Assembly (NCBI RefSeq): GCF_022539665.2
Contig: NC_081334.1
Coordinates: 1,178,001-1,242,000, forward strand
DNA: 64,000 nt
DNA from: Daphnia carinata
Lineage: Eukaryota
Direction of reading: 5' to 3'
The notes under the pieces were generated by a model. That model was not told where the DNA came from. It was given only the letters and a program-made list of their open reading frames with translations, and ran no database searches. Both the position numbers and the translations under genes were made by a program. Of this stretch, positions 22,601 through 35,700 are shown piece after piece. Every line of letters starts with the position of its first letter. The stretch's first letter is position 1.

Positions 22601-25145
22601 AACTCATTAAAGCTGCCAACATGACGGACAACATTAAACCAGTCAATCCTGCAGCATTGATAAAAGGTATAGTAGGCAATTCGCAGACGTAGATCAGTTG
22701 GAATTCAAAAAATTGCATACCTGGAGGTAATAAATTGATCACGAGCTCAGCGTAAGCGATATTAGTGCATCCGGCCTGACTTCCACAAATTTTTTCGCAC
22801 GCCTGTGGATCAGCACAGGCAACCCTATCAGTGTATAGCACTCGCGAAGCCATTCCGGGGAAAATGATGATAAACAACGGAAGGATTTTCAGAAAACTGG
22901 CCATGATACAGCCTCCTTTTGCGTGATTCATGCTTTTCGCTGCCAAAGTTCGTTGAACGATAACCTAAGTAAGCCAAAAAGCCATACGCAATTTTCAGTT
23001 AAAAAAAATAAATAAGAGGATGCGAAAAGGTATACACGCATTACCTGATCAGAGCACCAATACCAGATGGACGAGATGGTAACACCGAAAACGACGCCAG
23101 TCCACGGTAATTCAGGCGACGTGATGCTCTTGAAAAGGTGCATCGCATCGGGCGGAATGTTTGCGCACGATCTGTTGTTCAAATCATACGCGGTGTAGTT
23201 TTCACTCGGGTACGCCATGAAAAACTGGCGAATCAACTCGCTGTAACCACCGACTTTGACAAACGCTGTTGATAACGAACGAAAAAAAAAATGATTCGCA
23301 AATAGTTTTAACAATCAACCAAGATTCAATAAAACGTAATATGGTAAAGGTTATGTGTTACCCATGCCCATCAAAATGAAAGATCCAATCAACATAATGA
23401 TGGTCTGCACGAAATCTGTCCAAATAACAGCCGTCAATCCTCCGGTGATGGTAAAGAGTGCCGCAATACCTAGGAGGATCAAGATGGAAATATAAATCCC
23501 TGCGTCTCCTTCCAAACCCATTGCTTGTTGAATAAAAATAGCTCCGGAAAACAAATCAGCCTAAAAAAGGAATGTTGAAATAATTTTAACTTGTATCATT
23601 TTAAGTAATCATATAACCATATCGCACCGAGATTTTAGTGAACACGTAGAGAAGAAGGGCTAGCACGGAAAGGTAGACACGAATCCGCTGCCCACCAAAT
23701 CTGAGTCGTAGGTATTCCGGCATAGTGTAAACACCGCTGGCTGTTTGGCAAAACGCCAGTTAAAATTAAATTATTCAGACAACGTGTGATCATTTCGTCA
23801 ACCGGTCAACTTACCCATGTAGACAGGAACAAAGACGTAACCCAAAAGAATCAGAACAAACATGGCCTGCGGATGTGAAAACCCAATACGACACATTAAT
23901 CGTCGTTACACTGATCGAGTGAGGTTAGCTATTTCGAATAGAATCTTACGTTTAATTCGAATGCCGCATTGCCAATTCCGGAAGCCGCACCCGATCCGGA
24001 TAGTCCAACAAAATGTCCTGATCCGATGTTGCTAGCAAATAATGAAGCTCCTACCTAGTGAGTTTGACGTTTCAATTAATAATTCTTACATCCATTATGC
24101 AGAAACGAATAAAGTTTTAGTAAAAGCCAAATTACCGGAATCCAGTGCATATTTCTCGATGCAAGAAAATAGCCGCTAATGCTGTCTTGCTTATTAGAAC
24201 GGCCAGACTATCATTCAAAAACAAAATTATACAATCATAAACATTTATGAATAGGCTAATTCGCCGCGCAATTCACGGGGCATAAAATAACTCATTTATT
24301 ATTCACATATTTTGCAAGTTGCTCTCGAGCGTGGTCTACTGTTTACCTGTCGTGTGCAGTAAACATTGGTATCAGGGAAAGTACTACTTTAGCTTCCCCT
24401 GGATTAAACGGATTCGAGAAATCAACAATACGAAACCTGCTGATGACGACGCTCACTGATGTCGTTGCGTGGTTTTGATAACGGGGAACAAAAACAGCAC
24501 GTACGTAAATTGTACCATTAATCCCCCTTCCTTTCGTAACTTGACTTTTGAAGTTTCTGCTAACATGAAGGTAAACTTTAAAGGGGCTTTCCATTTTTTT
24601 TTTTCAAACAACAAATAGAAGATGTCGTGAGCTTAGAGGCAAAAGATAATGTGGTTACTAAACCAAACTGAAATGGAAGAGAGACTCTCTGGAAATAACC
24701 TGATTAACACACAATGCCAGTGCTGACAGGAGATACATAAATGCAAAAGAAAACCATGGCAAAGGGAAACAATCAGCGATTACTCATGTTCTTGGTCTTG
24801 CATTGTCGATGTTGATAATCAAACAACACTCCCGAACCGTGCGATTTGAAACAATAACTGAAATTCGACCCAAACGTATCGCAACTATTTGGCCTGTAAA
24901 TATTCGATGAACTAACTTTATGATGGGAAGGGGAAAAACCACGTAAAAACCCACTGCTTTCTTAAAAGGCAAAGAGCTCGTCTCAGCAAAAACAAGTGAC
25001 CTTTTCTCATTTTTCTTTTCTAATCAATGCCTTAAGTTAATTTTTTTTATATTGCATGAAAGAAACAAAATTTCGGTACTAAGAATTTAAAGAGCAAAAT
25101 ATTACCCACAGTCCTACGGCGAGAATGCCCACGAAATAGATAGCT

Positions 25146-25207
<62 letters not shown>

Positions 25208-25360
25208 AAATGAAGAAATTTATAATTAGCCTCCGGTTCATCGTTGAGCAATACAAAATAATAACGTTATTTAAAAAAAAATAAAATAGTTACCTATCAC
25301 AACATAATCCGGCCATTCTAGCGAAGATGAAACAGACAGAGTAGAATCCGCTTTGTCCAT
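19679..25360 (-). CDS. Sodium/sugar cotransporter, SLC5A (SGLT-like) family, multi-exon with a mutually exclusive exon pair
   Basis: ATG at 25360 (MDKADSTL..); [97 protein letters not shown]; ends FMWAWYA* at 19679. Confidence 0.95.
21250..21418 (-). CDS. SLC5A alternative exon B (169 nt)
   Basis: tttctacag|A CTC TTT..GAA CAG|gtttct; open frame encoding [57 protein letters not shown]; same length and phases as exon A. Confidence 0.9.
21884..22052 (-). CDS. SLC5A alternative exon A (169 nt)
   Basis: tag|A GTG AGT..GAA CCA|gtaagg; encodes [57 protein letters not shown]. Confidence 0.9.
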
Positions 25361-26317
25361 TATTCCGAATTGTCAATGGCACTTTCAGAATCAGCGACCT
25401 CGATCACGAACCCAATTTTTTACCTATAATTCTTATAAGGGAGCAAAGAGGACTGACAAAAAAAAAAAAAAAATTTTGAGAGACCGCGAAGCGACAAGTG
25501 AGTATTAGACGAGGACACAGCCCAACTGCACACGCGCGAACCAGACGTGCTGTATTATACTAGGGTCCGGTTGTTGCGTTTCTCAATCCGTTGGAAACCC
25601 ATGTTAGTCCATTACTGAAGTACAAAAATGGGTGGAGCGTATGAACATACCTGTTGCTGCAGGGGCTACGGGAACGTAAATCGAATTCGAACCATCGTGA
25701 AGGTCGGTTTAGTGTTTAAATAGGACCGACCTTGTCCCGACTATGCTTCGAGCACTGTGAACATCGCAAAAACGCAAATTGACGTTCGGTTACTTCATTT
25801 CCTCTTTTTTCTTCTCAACATTTTACGTTTTCAGGTACGCAGTCAAAAGACTGCACAGCACAAAGCGCAATTGCGCAAGTCTAGCCGATCACCGTTTGCA
25901 TAAAACAGGTGAAATGCCAATCGAGCCGAAATTCTAGTACCATTCCAAAGGTATAGAAAACATTTCTATGGGGAGAGACTTTGACCATATGTTATTGACC
26001 AATACACGTATGGTATTGGCTCCGGTCCCAGCTACGTTTCGTATAGAGATGTAGCCTTGGTGAAAGAACCAGAAAACAAAGCCTTAGAACAGACGTGGAA
26101 ATTTTTCGTTTCGCCAACTATTTTCTTTCATTTTGTTTTCAAACTATCTAGATTGATAGAATGAAATGAAATGCTTCATATTAGCTCCAATCGATCGTAC
26201 AGACATGCACTAATATGAGGCACTTCATCATGGAAATGAAATTAGTTGTACGAATTTCTCATCACGTCTGTTTTATTTACAAGGGTCGTGTGTGTACTAG
26301 GGAAACGCTTCAGATGA

Positions 26318-29300
26318 CTATACATTGCGCTGTCTGAACAGCTTTTGTTTGAGATAACTAGATTTGGCTTGGGTAGTGGAAAGGGCCAAAGAGTTCCAAT
26401 GGTGAAGTGGTATGCCAACAACTCTATAGCCAAGGATTTCTAGTTGTCGCTGACGAAGTAACGACAAGCCCATCAGGTAGCCATAATTGGCAGTGAATAA
26501 CGATGGTAATAAGGCCAAAATGGCAATCCTAGCACAGATCAGTTTTAGCTTCGGTGAACGATTGACAACCGCAAATCCCACTTACTTTTCTTCGCGGCCG
26601 TTGGACATCTTGGACTTGTTGATAGATGGAACAACGGGTTGCCCGTTTTCATTCAAATGCACCTCAAAGTCTATAAATGTAGAAAATCAAATTGCAATGT
26701 GAGACATAGCAGAAGGAAAGTAGTGAAGGCTTTGCAGTATACCTATAAGATGATAATATGGACTGTAGGTCCATCTTTCAATCAGATTACTGTTGCCCAA
26801 AATCTGCACCAAACAGTGGTGAATATCCACATGGAAATTCGTAGAGGTTGGAGCATCTGGTAAGCAGACAATTGAAAATAAACAGAGAAATAGTTTACAT
26901 TGAATTTTGAACTTTGCTAATTGGACAGTACACGTACTAGTATGCATTTGTTCTTGGCAATATTTTTCATGGAACCAGGGGACACCAGCTTCTGGCATGT
27001 CAATGCAAACACTGCGGTTTAGCTCCATTAACGTACGTCGAACCCGAGCTGGATAAGTGGCCTGTAAGGAAGAAAACAGAAACAAATCAATGAAATACTG
27101 AAATAGGTCAAAAGAGATGAGGAAATCTTAGGACATACTTTAGAGTAGCAAGCAGCTACTTCTAAATCCAGTTTGTCGAGAAACTGGACGGTGAAGATGT
27201 CATTGACTAGTTTAATCGACAAGCGATTAGTAAGCACCAAAGCCAAGGACGCCTCCAGGACAAAGAGTCCGAACATTCCATTTTCTTTCCTGCTCTCTCC
27301 AAAGAAAACGTAATACGTGATATAATGGCTCGCTATTTATATAGCCTGTAGCTTGTGCACGAATAGGCAGATACACTGCAAGATATCTTCCACGGAGAAA
27401 GAAGAATAAAAGAAAGAAAATAAAATTACGATTCGAGAGATTGGGAGGTGATAGGAGCTAGAAGTTCCAGGTTTTTGGTGCTGTAGCCTAAATTGAAACA
27501 AAGAACGAAGACATTGACGAGAAGCGATGGCCCCAGATGCTCGTGCTTTTTTAAGGCGTAGTCCACAATCGCGTCTATGATTGGGAATTGCAAATAACGG
27601 AATCGATCCAGGAAGAATACTAAATCTCGCGTTACTCTGGCCGTCAACTCGTTTAACTGCGTTTCACATTTACGCAAGCCTGCCTCGTTGAGCGGGAACA
27701 CATTCCTAGATAAAACGAATTAAGTAAGACCAAATAGTAGCAAATTGTTCATCAAATACCCATAGCTTTCGGCATTGCGATAAAGTGCACTATGTAAAAG
27801 GGTAGTCGTTAAACTCAATGTGGACGATGCTGGCGAGGACAAAAGAAATGCAGAACGCCGATCTAGCATCAACGTTAGGTCACCCATATCACGCTGGGAA
27901 TAATGCAGCTGTGGCCGTCTGAGCCAGTGCCGGCCCAGTTGGATCCCCCGGGATCTGTTTACCAGAAAACATACAATTAAAAACTGACTACACGTGTGAT
28001 ATACGTGTTCAATTGATGCCTTACATATAGAAGATGTCCTGGATTGTCAACTGGTCTTCTATGTCAACCAGCTTCTCTAACAAGCCGGTCGATGTTGGAT
28101 GACCTCCGTATGCTAACACAAAAGCTGACAGACGACAGAAGAAGCGAACATTTCGCACAGGTTGGCGCCAGTCGCCATTCATCATCTCCTTGATCCATTT
28201 TAAGACTTGATTTTCGAAGTTTGATGATCGGTAAGTTCCTCCAAGATTGTTGTTGAAGAACATGTACCATTGGGCCGCGTCGAGAAGGAGTGGAACAAAT
28301 TCTTCATTATTTCCTAGTCGCCTTGTCAAACTTTGCAGTACGCGGTTCCAATACAGGTCGACCAATCTGATGTCGGACATTTTTGATGAGCGAATGATGC
28401 GAAATATTTGCTTTAGATACGGTTCAATTGCAATTGGTTGTTCCTTCTCCATGATGCGCATTAGATGCCGCTCTAATTGTTTTTTGCGGTCAGACGACGC
28501 GTCTTGAATATGCGAGACGTGCGAAAGCAAATTGATATGCTCCGTTTGAATATTTATCTTCTCTAACCAGCTGCAAGCCATATTCTCCATTTTGCGGACC
28601 AAACCAATTGGCTCGTTAACTGCCTCCCAAGACTTGCGAATGGCATCGAAATAAACCATGGATGATGGACTATTCATCAAGTGAGAATCCTGTAGAATAT
28701 AGAGGATTCGTATTGTGGCACACGACGATGACGGGTTGCTTTTGGCCACCTGATATAGTGCACGCAACACCCCAACCAGTACGGCCAACGGAGTATCTTG
28801 GTTGAGCACATTTCTGTCTAATAGGTGACTGATTTGGTTGACGAACATACACGCTGTAGGCCCGTTTTTATCAACTATAGGAGCGATGGCGACGAAACAG
28901 ATTGATAGCAGCTCTAAATCTGTTAATGATTGACAATTTTTGGCATGTTGATGAAAAGCTGGCAGAGCTGCAGGAAGCATCAGTCGGCCACCATGGTTGG
29001 GCATAGAAGTGACAAGGCACCATTTAGCCAGCGAATCGAGGGAGAAAGCTTTGATACGAGTAAGTGAAGTGCACAACAATGTCTGAAAGCTGGGTTCCTT
29101 CATTGAGATCTGAAATTTTCTCAGATAGAGCAGCATGGAAGTGAGGATGTCATCTGACAAAAGGGATGCTGACTTTTGAACACAATCCACTGCTACCCAG
29201 AACTGTGGATGGCTTTTAACAACCTAAAATACAGAAATCATAAATTTAAATCCAAAAGACACATCAAATGCAAAGAAAGATACCTGAATAAAATTTCGAT

Positions 29301-29763
29301 TTGCAGATGAGGTATTTGATGTTACATTGTGGTAACCCTTCTTCAGGTCCCACAATGTAGCTATAGCTTGGCTAGCGTATTTAACATTGAGCGGCTCTTG
29401 TTTGATAAGGCCAAATACTTGTTCAATGGTTGAGGCTTTTACTAGGGTCTCAAGAAGATCATCATTGACTTGTATCATGGGGTAAAGTCTAGTGTGATCA
29501 TTTAAAGTTTCCTTATCAAAAGAATTATCATTAAATTCTTTAATCAAGTTGTCTTCTTTAAATCCATGTTTGTAAAAAAAATCTTCTGCCACGTTTGCAC
29601 TATTCCGAAACGAGGTGGTAAATTTTGGATTCCTCTCCTTAATCGACAACGTCCGATGGCACGTTTTAAGGGCGAACAAGTTACTCGGAAAACTTTGGGA
29701 TGTAGTTTTACTGAATATATTTTTTGTTTTCAACAACATACGATAAGGAACCCTATAACCCAT
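26318..29763 (-). CDS. FASTKD1: FAST kinase domain-containing mitochondrial protein with C-terminal RAP domain (FASTKD1-like)
   Basis: Basic presequence-like N-terminus; LMELNRSVCIDMPEAGVPWFHEKYC resembles FASTKD1; RAP-like GLSLLRQRQLEILGYRVVGIPLHHWNSL; consecutive spliced minus-strand exons. Confidence 0.82.
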
Positions 29764-32700
29764 TATTGTAAGATATTACTGCAGAACCAAGGAGCCCATT
29801 TATATGCAAAAACATTGATTCACAAAAGGGCCCAGCCGGCATGAAGTAACTAACACATGTGACAGCAGACGAATGAAGTAAACAGAGACGCGTTCGTAAC
29901 ATTCCTTCGATTCGATTCTACAATATTTTGTTTTTCAGTTTTTTGTTTTTCCCCTGTCTCTATAGTTTTTGCATCTTTTCCGTTTTTTTTAATAATCATG
30001 TTACTGTTGTGGGATTTCTTTTGTACATCGTACTATTGCCTTGGGATATCTTGCATGTAAGCAAGTTTATAGTTTAGCAATTCTGGCAAATCAAATTTAC
30101 GTGTACCATAGTGTATCCGTTATAGCCTACACCGACAATCACAGCTCAATAGACACCACAAACCACAATATACCCCCATCACCCCCGAAATTAAACAAAT
30201 CCATCATAATATGACAAAGGAAAAATTATGACGGACCCTCAGTAACGTTAACTAGAAGAGCAAGTGAACCGATGAGGAGAGACATCCATCTTTGATGCTT
30301 TAGCTAGTTACTGGTAAATTTCTTGCGTGATACTACCACGGCTATCCATGTAATTTGATAGCCAATTATTAGGTAATTAGAAACTTAGCGTCAGGTCATG
30401 TGGATAAATCTAAGCACTGGATTCAGGCGATCCATGTATCTTTTAGCAATATCGCATGACCCCTCACTTTATACGGCTGATATCAACTCCACAACGTACT
30501 CTCCTTAGCCTGATCATGTATTTCTTTTAACGGTAAAAGACCGAAATGTATTGTTCAGTTCTTGTGCAGACGCTCACCACGAAGCTACATACTAGGCTGC
30601 TTGAGTGTGGAAATAAACGTCACCCGGGGAGTATAGCATTGAAACTTTGTCCAATCAATGGCCGTGAAGAACAATCGGCAAATCATTTTGTACAGAAGCG
30701 ACAAAAGATTCAAGTTTCTCATTGGCGACATTAACGATCTTACTTTTCTCAGATGAAAGAACTGCGTACTCAAATTCTATACTACAGTTCCATCTTTAAT
30801 ACCATGATGGCTATAAGTGAAAAGTTCTTATCGTAGTAGCGCGCAGAGAGTGTACGGGCATTCTCTCCCTGTGCTTACAGCAATCAAATTGTCATTAGTC
30901 TTGGCAATCTACAGTTCTTGTTAAATTGATCAAAAGTATTGCAATTATAGGCTGTTCAGGCAAACCAATAAGGTTTTTAGTAAATGATTAAAGACTAGCA
31001 AGCTAAACTTTAAGTACTTTCTCAGTCGCTGTAGTTCGCTGTAGCTGTCACATCACGCACCACACTATCGTATAGTCATTGCAGCTGTGTGAACGAACGA
31101 ACTACACAACATTTTTATTGAATTCAACGATGTAGCACATCTGTACTTCCCGGAAGAATAAGAAGGGTACGAGGGAAAGGCAGCTGGTACTTCAAAGCCG
31201 ACGTCTGTTGCAAATTATCGATTCTCTCGAAAGGAATTGCACAATGATACCAGTAGTGGTGACATACCGTACCGAATTCGGTAAAAAATGGGCATTCTTG
31301 AAGAATCGCAATCCAGAATATCGAATCTTGCAGACCGGAAAACGTATAACAGAAATCTGTACGTATATATTTATGCCAGATGCTTGTTTATATATAACCT
31401 AGATAAGCTTTTTCACGCACTAGGATGTACATCAGTAGTATAAATGATACAGAATGATACATTTCAGTCATATGTGTGCGGCAGTATCGTCTTTTTTATT
31501 TCATTAATCGAATTCTGGGTTGCACAGTTCGAATTGCACTCGGGAAAGTTCACCCATCCGGTGTGCACATTCGTAAAGGTCCGAGTGAGTATTGACTTGT
31601 TGGAAATTAAGATGATTACAACCATGGCACTTCTGCCGAGCTGTCAACGAAACAAACACGACATGGTCATTCTACGTGGGGCCGTAAAGCGTACTACGTT
31701 TCCTCTTATGTGTTACTAATAATAGATGAGGAAAGTATAGTTTCATAACGCGACTCGGGTTGTGAAAATGTATTTTGTGTAGCATTCACCGAATGTCAAC
31801 AAATTTGAATTCTTACGATATGTGATATGGCACATAGTCCAGTAGTCTAAATTCAGCCGTATTGAAGCAATATGCTTATATGTATCGTTATTGCAGATCA
31901 CGCGAACCAGCCTTGACAAGTCCAGTGTTTTAAGGGACTGTTTTAAATTTGCCCTTTAATGGTGATTGAAACATTGCACAACCATAAACATGCAGGTAGA
32001 CAGGAATAACGAAATATAAATATCCAATACGCTTATTATTCTGCTGTGTTTTATAGCCTCTCGTTTGTTTGAAATAAAGCAACAATTCTGATATACAGAG
32101 TAGGTATATAGATCGATGCCTTTGCGTTAGATCTGTTTCCTGCCTGCCTCTCACTCGTCTATCTTTATTTTTTATTTTTATTAAACAGTGCAGAAGCTGT
32201 CTTTGCCCTATAGTGTACCGGATATTCGACCAAAAACAAACTCTGCGTCCCTAGATTGTGTGTGTATATTCAAGCAACGAGTACCAAATAGCACAGCTTT
32301 ATATATATATATATACACACTATATGTAAAGAATTTTTGTGCTCTATTCTATATAGATCAAGAAAAAAGGGAAAGAAAAGCGTCTATACAGAAAGCAGAA
32401 TGCGTTTAGAAGCGATAGGGAAATACATATAAGATCTCAAATGACTATATCTTTTTTAGAAGCAAGTTGATGTGGACTTTTTTTTTTTTGCTGCTCAAAG
32501 TATTTATGTGTAGGTCCTATTTGCCAGTTAACCATAATAATGCGCCGTTCCAGTATAAAACAGCTGAATCGAACGACACACTTTACTAATAAAAAAAAAT
32601 AGACATAGGCCCAGTCGATGGAACACCCGATCGATAAAACTCTTTACAACGAAGAAGACCCAAGGACGGAAACACGTATCATCGTTTCTTAACAAATACG

Positions 32701-35700
32701 CAGCACACAACGACGGCAAGCGGGGTTAACATGCTACGACCTATTGTCTATCTTTAAAAGTCTTATAAGATTCGATGCACGTATTCACATGAACATAAAG
32801 CTTGATAGTTTGGTTGCCATCTATACAAAAGATGAGCGCTATAGTTCTTTCCATTTGTTTTCTTTTGCTCCCAACGACCCGGCAGTCAAACGCAGCAAGT
32901 CAGCAGATTGACGGAGGAACCATCTAATGTTCATCGGCTTCCTTGCGCTTGCATTACACATTTTCGTGGAAAAAAAAAGAAGATTCGACAGAAAGGAAAT
33001 AGAAAAAAAAAAAATAAGAACTAAAAGCTTCATCTAAGTCTGTTTAGGATCTGATATATAAAAAAAAAAGTGCAACGACAAAATAAAAAAAAAAAACATG
33101 GCGATGGAGCGCACGAAAAGCGAATGCTAGCATGCATATATGAAGCAATCAATAATACGAGCTCGTTTACCCGTATATATAGCTCTCTCAGTTTTACAAG
33201 GTTGATGCATACGTAGACATTCCAGAATGCGTTCGAATTCTATCCGTTTCCCCTCTTCTTCTTTTTTTCTTTACGTTGTTTCCTATTCGCTGCTATACGA
33301 AAGAGGCAGGACAAAAAAAATGACTGAATTCTACTGCAAAAGCGAGAATAAAATGAGTCTTAAAATAGTTTGAAAAAGGGTCTTTTTTTTTATACGTAGT
33401 CAATTGTATGCATCGTAGAATCAGAGTGACTTTTCCTATAGACTAAAAGGAATATAACAAGTTGTCGCTCGTTATTTATATTCTTCTGGTTATTTTTTGT
33501 GTGTGTGTGTGTGTTACTCGCTCGCTTTCTCTCCCATTATTTCTTTGACACTTGGGAGCCATGCCAACGGAAATGAAGGGCGTGTTACGATTTTTTTTTT
33601 TTCACTGCGGATTTATACTGCACAATACAGTGTACATAAGAACCGGAGGAATGAGAGCGCATAAAAAATAAACCTGTCTTGTTGGGGAGCCGATGAGATC
33701 GGATAAGAACTCTTGTGATCTCAGTTCACCCAACGAAAATTTCGCAGATGAGACTTTTGAGAACGTTTCCTTATATTATGTAGAAATAAGCCTATTCGAA
33801 TGAGTTGTACATGTCGGTATATTTGGTTCGATTACGTGAAATGATCAGAAAAGCTGGGCATCGCGTAGCAAAAGACTTGTCGGATAAATAGCAAGGAGAT
33901 TGAATCGTAAATCGTTTTTCATTGCACTCAAATTGCAGCAAATGTACAAGAATAGAAAATGGCAATCCAACGATGAGTACAAAGTCGAAGCCGAAAGCCA
34001 TCGTAGGTACCACGGTTACAATTCGTAAATGTCGTTGACTCTCCATGTGACACCGTCTTTTAGCTATCGTCGATTATGGAAACCAAAAAAAAAAAAGGTG
34101 AGAAGAAATTGAAAATTGAAAGACTAGAAATCAGTGGATGACTGACCTGTCGATAGAGGCGTACCACAGCGCCAATAACGATCACCTAGCGACATATCAC
34201 GACGTCCAATTGCGTATAAATTAAAAAAAGGCGAAACATTAGGTCATTAAAAGAAATGTCTTTTTAAAAAGAGGGTTTTCGTGTATGAAGATAACGAATA
34301 CCCCCCCCGGTTAGACTTACGTTGACGAAAGTCTTTGATAGGAAGACGCCTACTTCAAAGTGGCACAACTGATCAAAACCCTGCAACACATCAACATCAA
34401 AGAAAATCAGCCGAAAATAACCGGATTTACCGTACAAGATTTTCGACGAGCCGCCTTTTTTTTTTTTTTGTACTTTAACTACATTGAGAAAGAGTTCTAC
34501 GCACAACAGTGTCTTATCCCCAACGATCCTCGGTGCACACTTTCAATCATTTGTAATTAGACAAGACACATTTAACTCATCGAAGTTTTAAGCCGGCATG
34601 CAAAAGCACATGTTGGTAAAGCCACTCTAATTTTTCCTATCGATTTTTGGAAAGCAACAAATGTATGACATACCTGATTGATATGGTCACGAAGAACATT
34701 TGAATAGACTATGGCTAGCGCTTCTAAGGAAATGGAACCTATGAAGCCCAACACCCACGGAACCATCAGCGAACAATTCTCCTGCATCCGTAAACATTTC
34801 AAAACAAAAAAAAAATATCTGCATTAATTTAAGCAATGCCACACGCTCACAACAGGAGACTTCAAATGTTTCGGATTGCGCATCATCTATTTGAAAACAA
34901 ATTAACGGAAAGCAACAAGCATTTAGCTGTACGTATACGTGAGCTTCATGAAACGCCACTGTGTCTACTTGAACGAGGGCCTACGATTACGAATGATGAC
35001 AAGGACGTGTAGTACAAAGACAGAACGCTATAACTTCGACGACAAGCAACACGGTCAGCTACAGAGTAGCCAGAAAACGAACAAATGCGAGTTAGTTTAT
35101 TGGCCCTATTAAGCGTGGAGCTGTCACATGAAAGAGCCTCGCCTAGGAAGAGGCATCTTAGTAGATGACGATTTAGGGAAGCACGTCTTTCATGCGCATT
35201 ATCACGTTGACTGAAGCCCTTTATTACAGCGCAAAGCGAGACAGTGGAAAAGAAATCTAACCATTGCAGAAATGTTGGCGTAGTGCGGCCAAAACGAGCC
35301 GCTTCCAAACGAATGAGCGAATCGGAGAAAGTAACCTAATATACGAGGGCCGTGTTAACAGACTTTGGCTTATACTATTCGCAAAGGATGTTGTTGTCTA
35401 ACCTCTTTGTTATTCTTTCTCTTTTTTGCTCGTGTCAAAACAACGTAATCAACACACAAAAAAAAACGAATGGGCACATAAGTGCGCAAAAAAAAAAACC
35501 CAAACTGCTTTTTTTTTTATTGCGGATTAGTTTTTCAAAATTGATGGATATTCTGTGCGCTAGTCGCAAAAAGAAAATCCTTGTTTACTCTGAAATTGGT
35601 TTTTTCATAGTATTTTCATCAAACAAGCGGCGGGTGACACACAATCAAGCGCACGCATTCGCTAGTTTACGCTTACGCACGCGAATTATGCACGCGAAGG

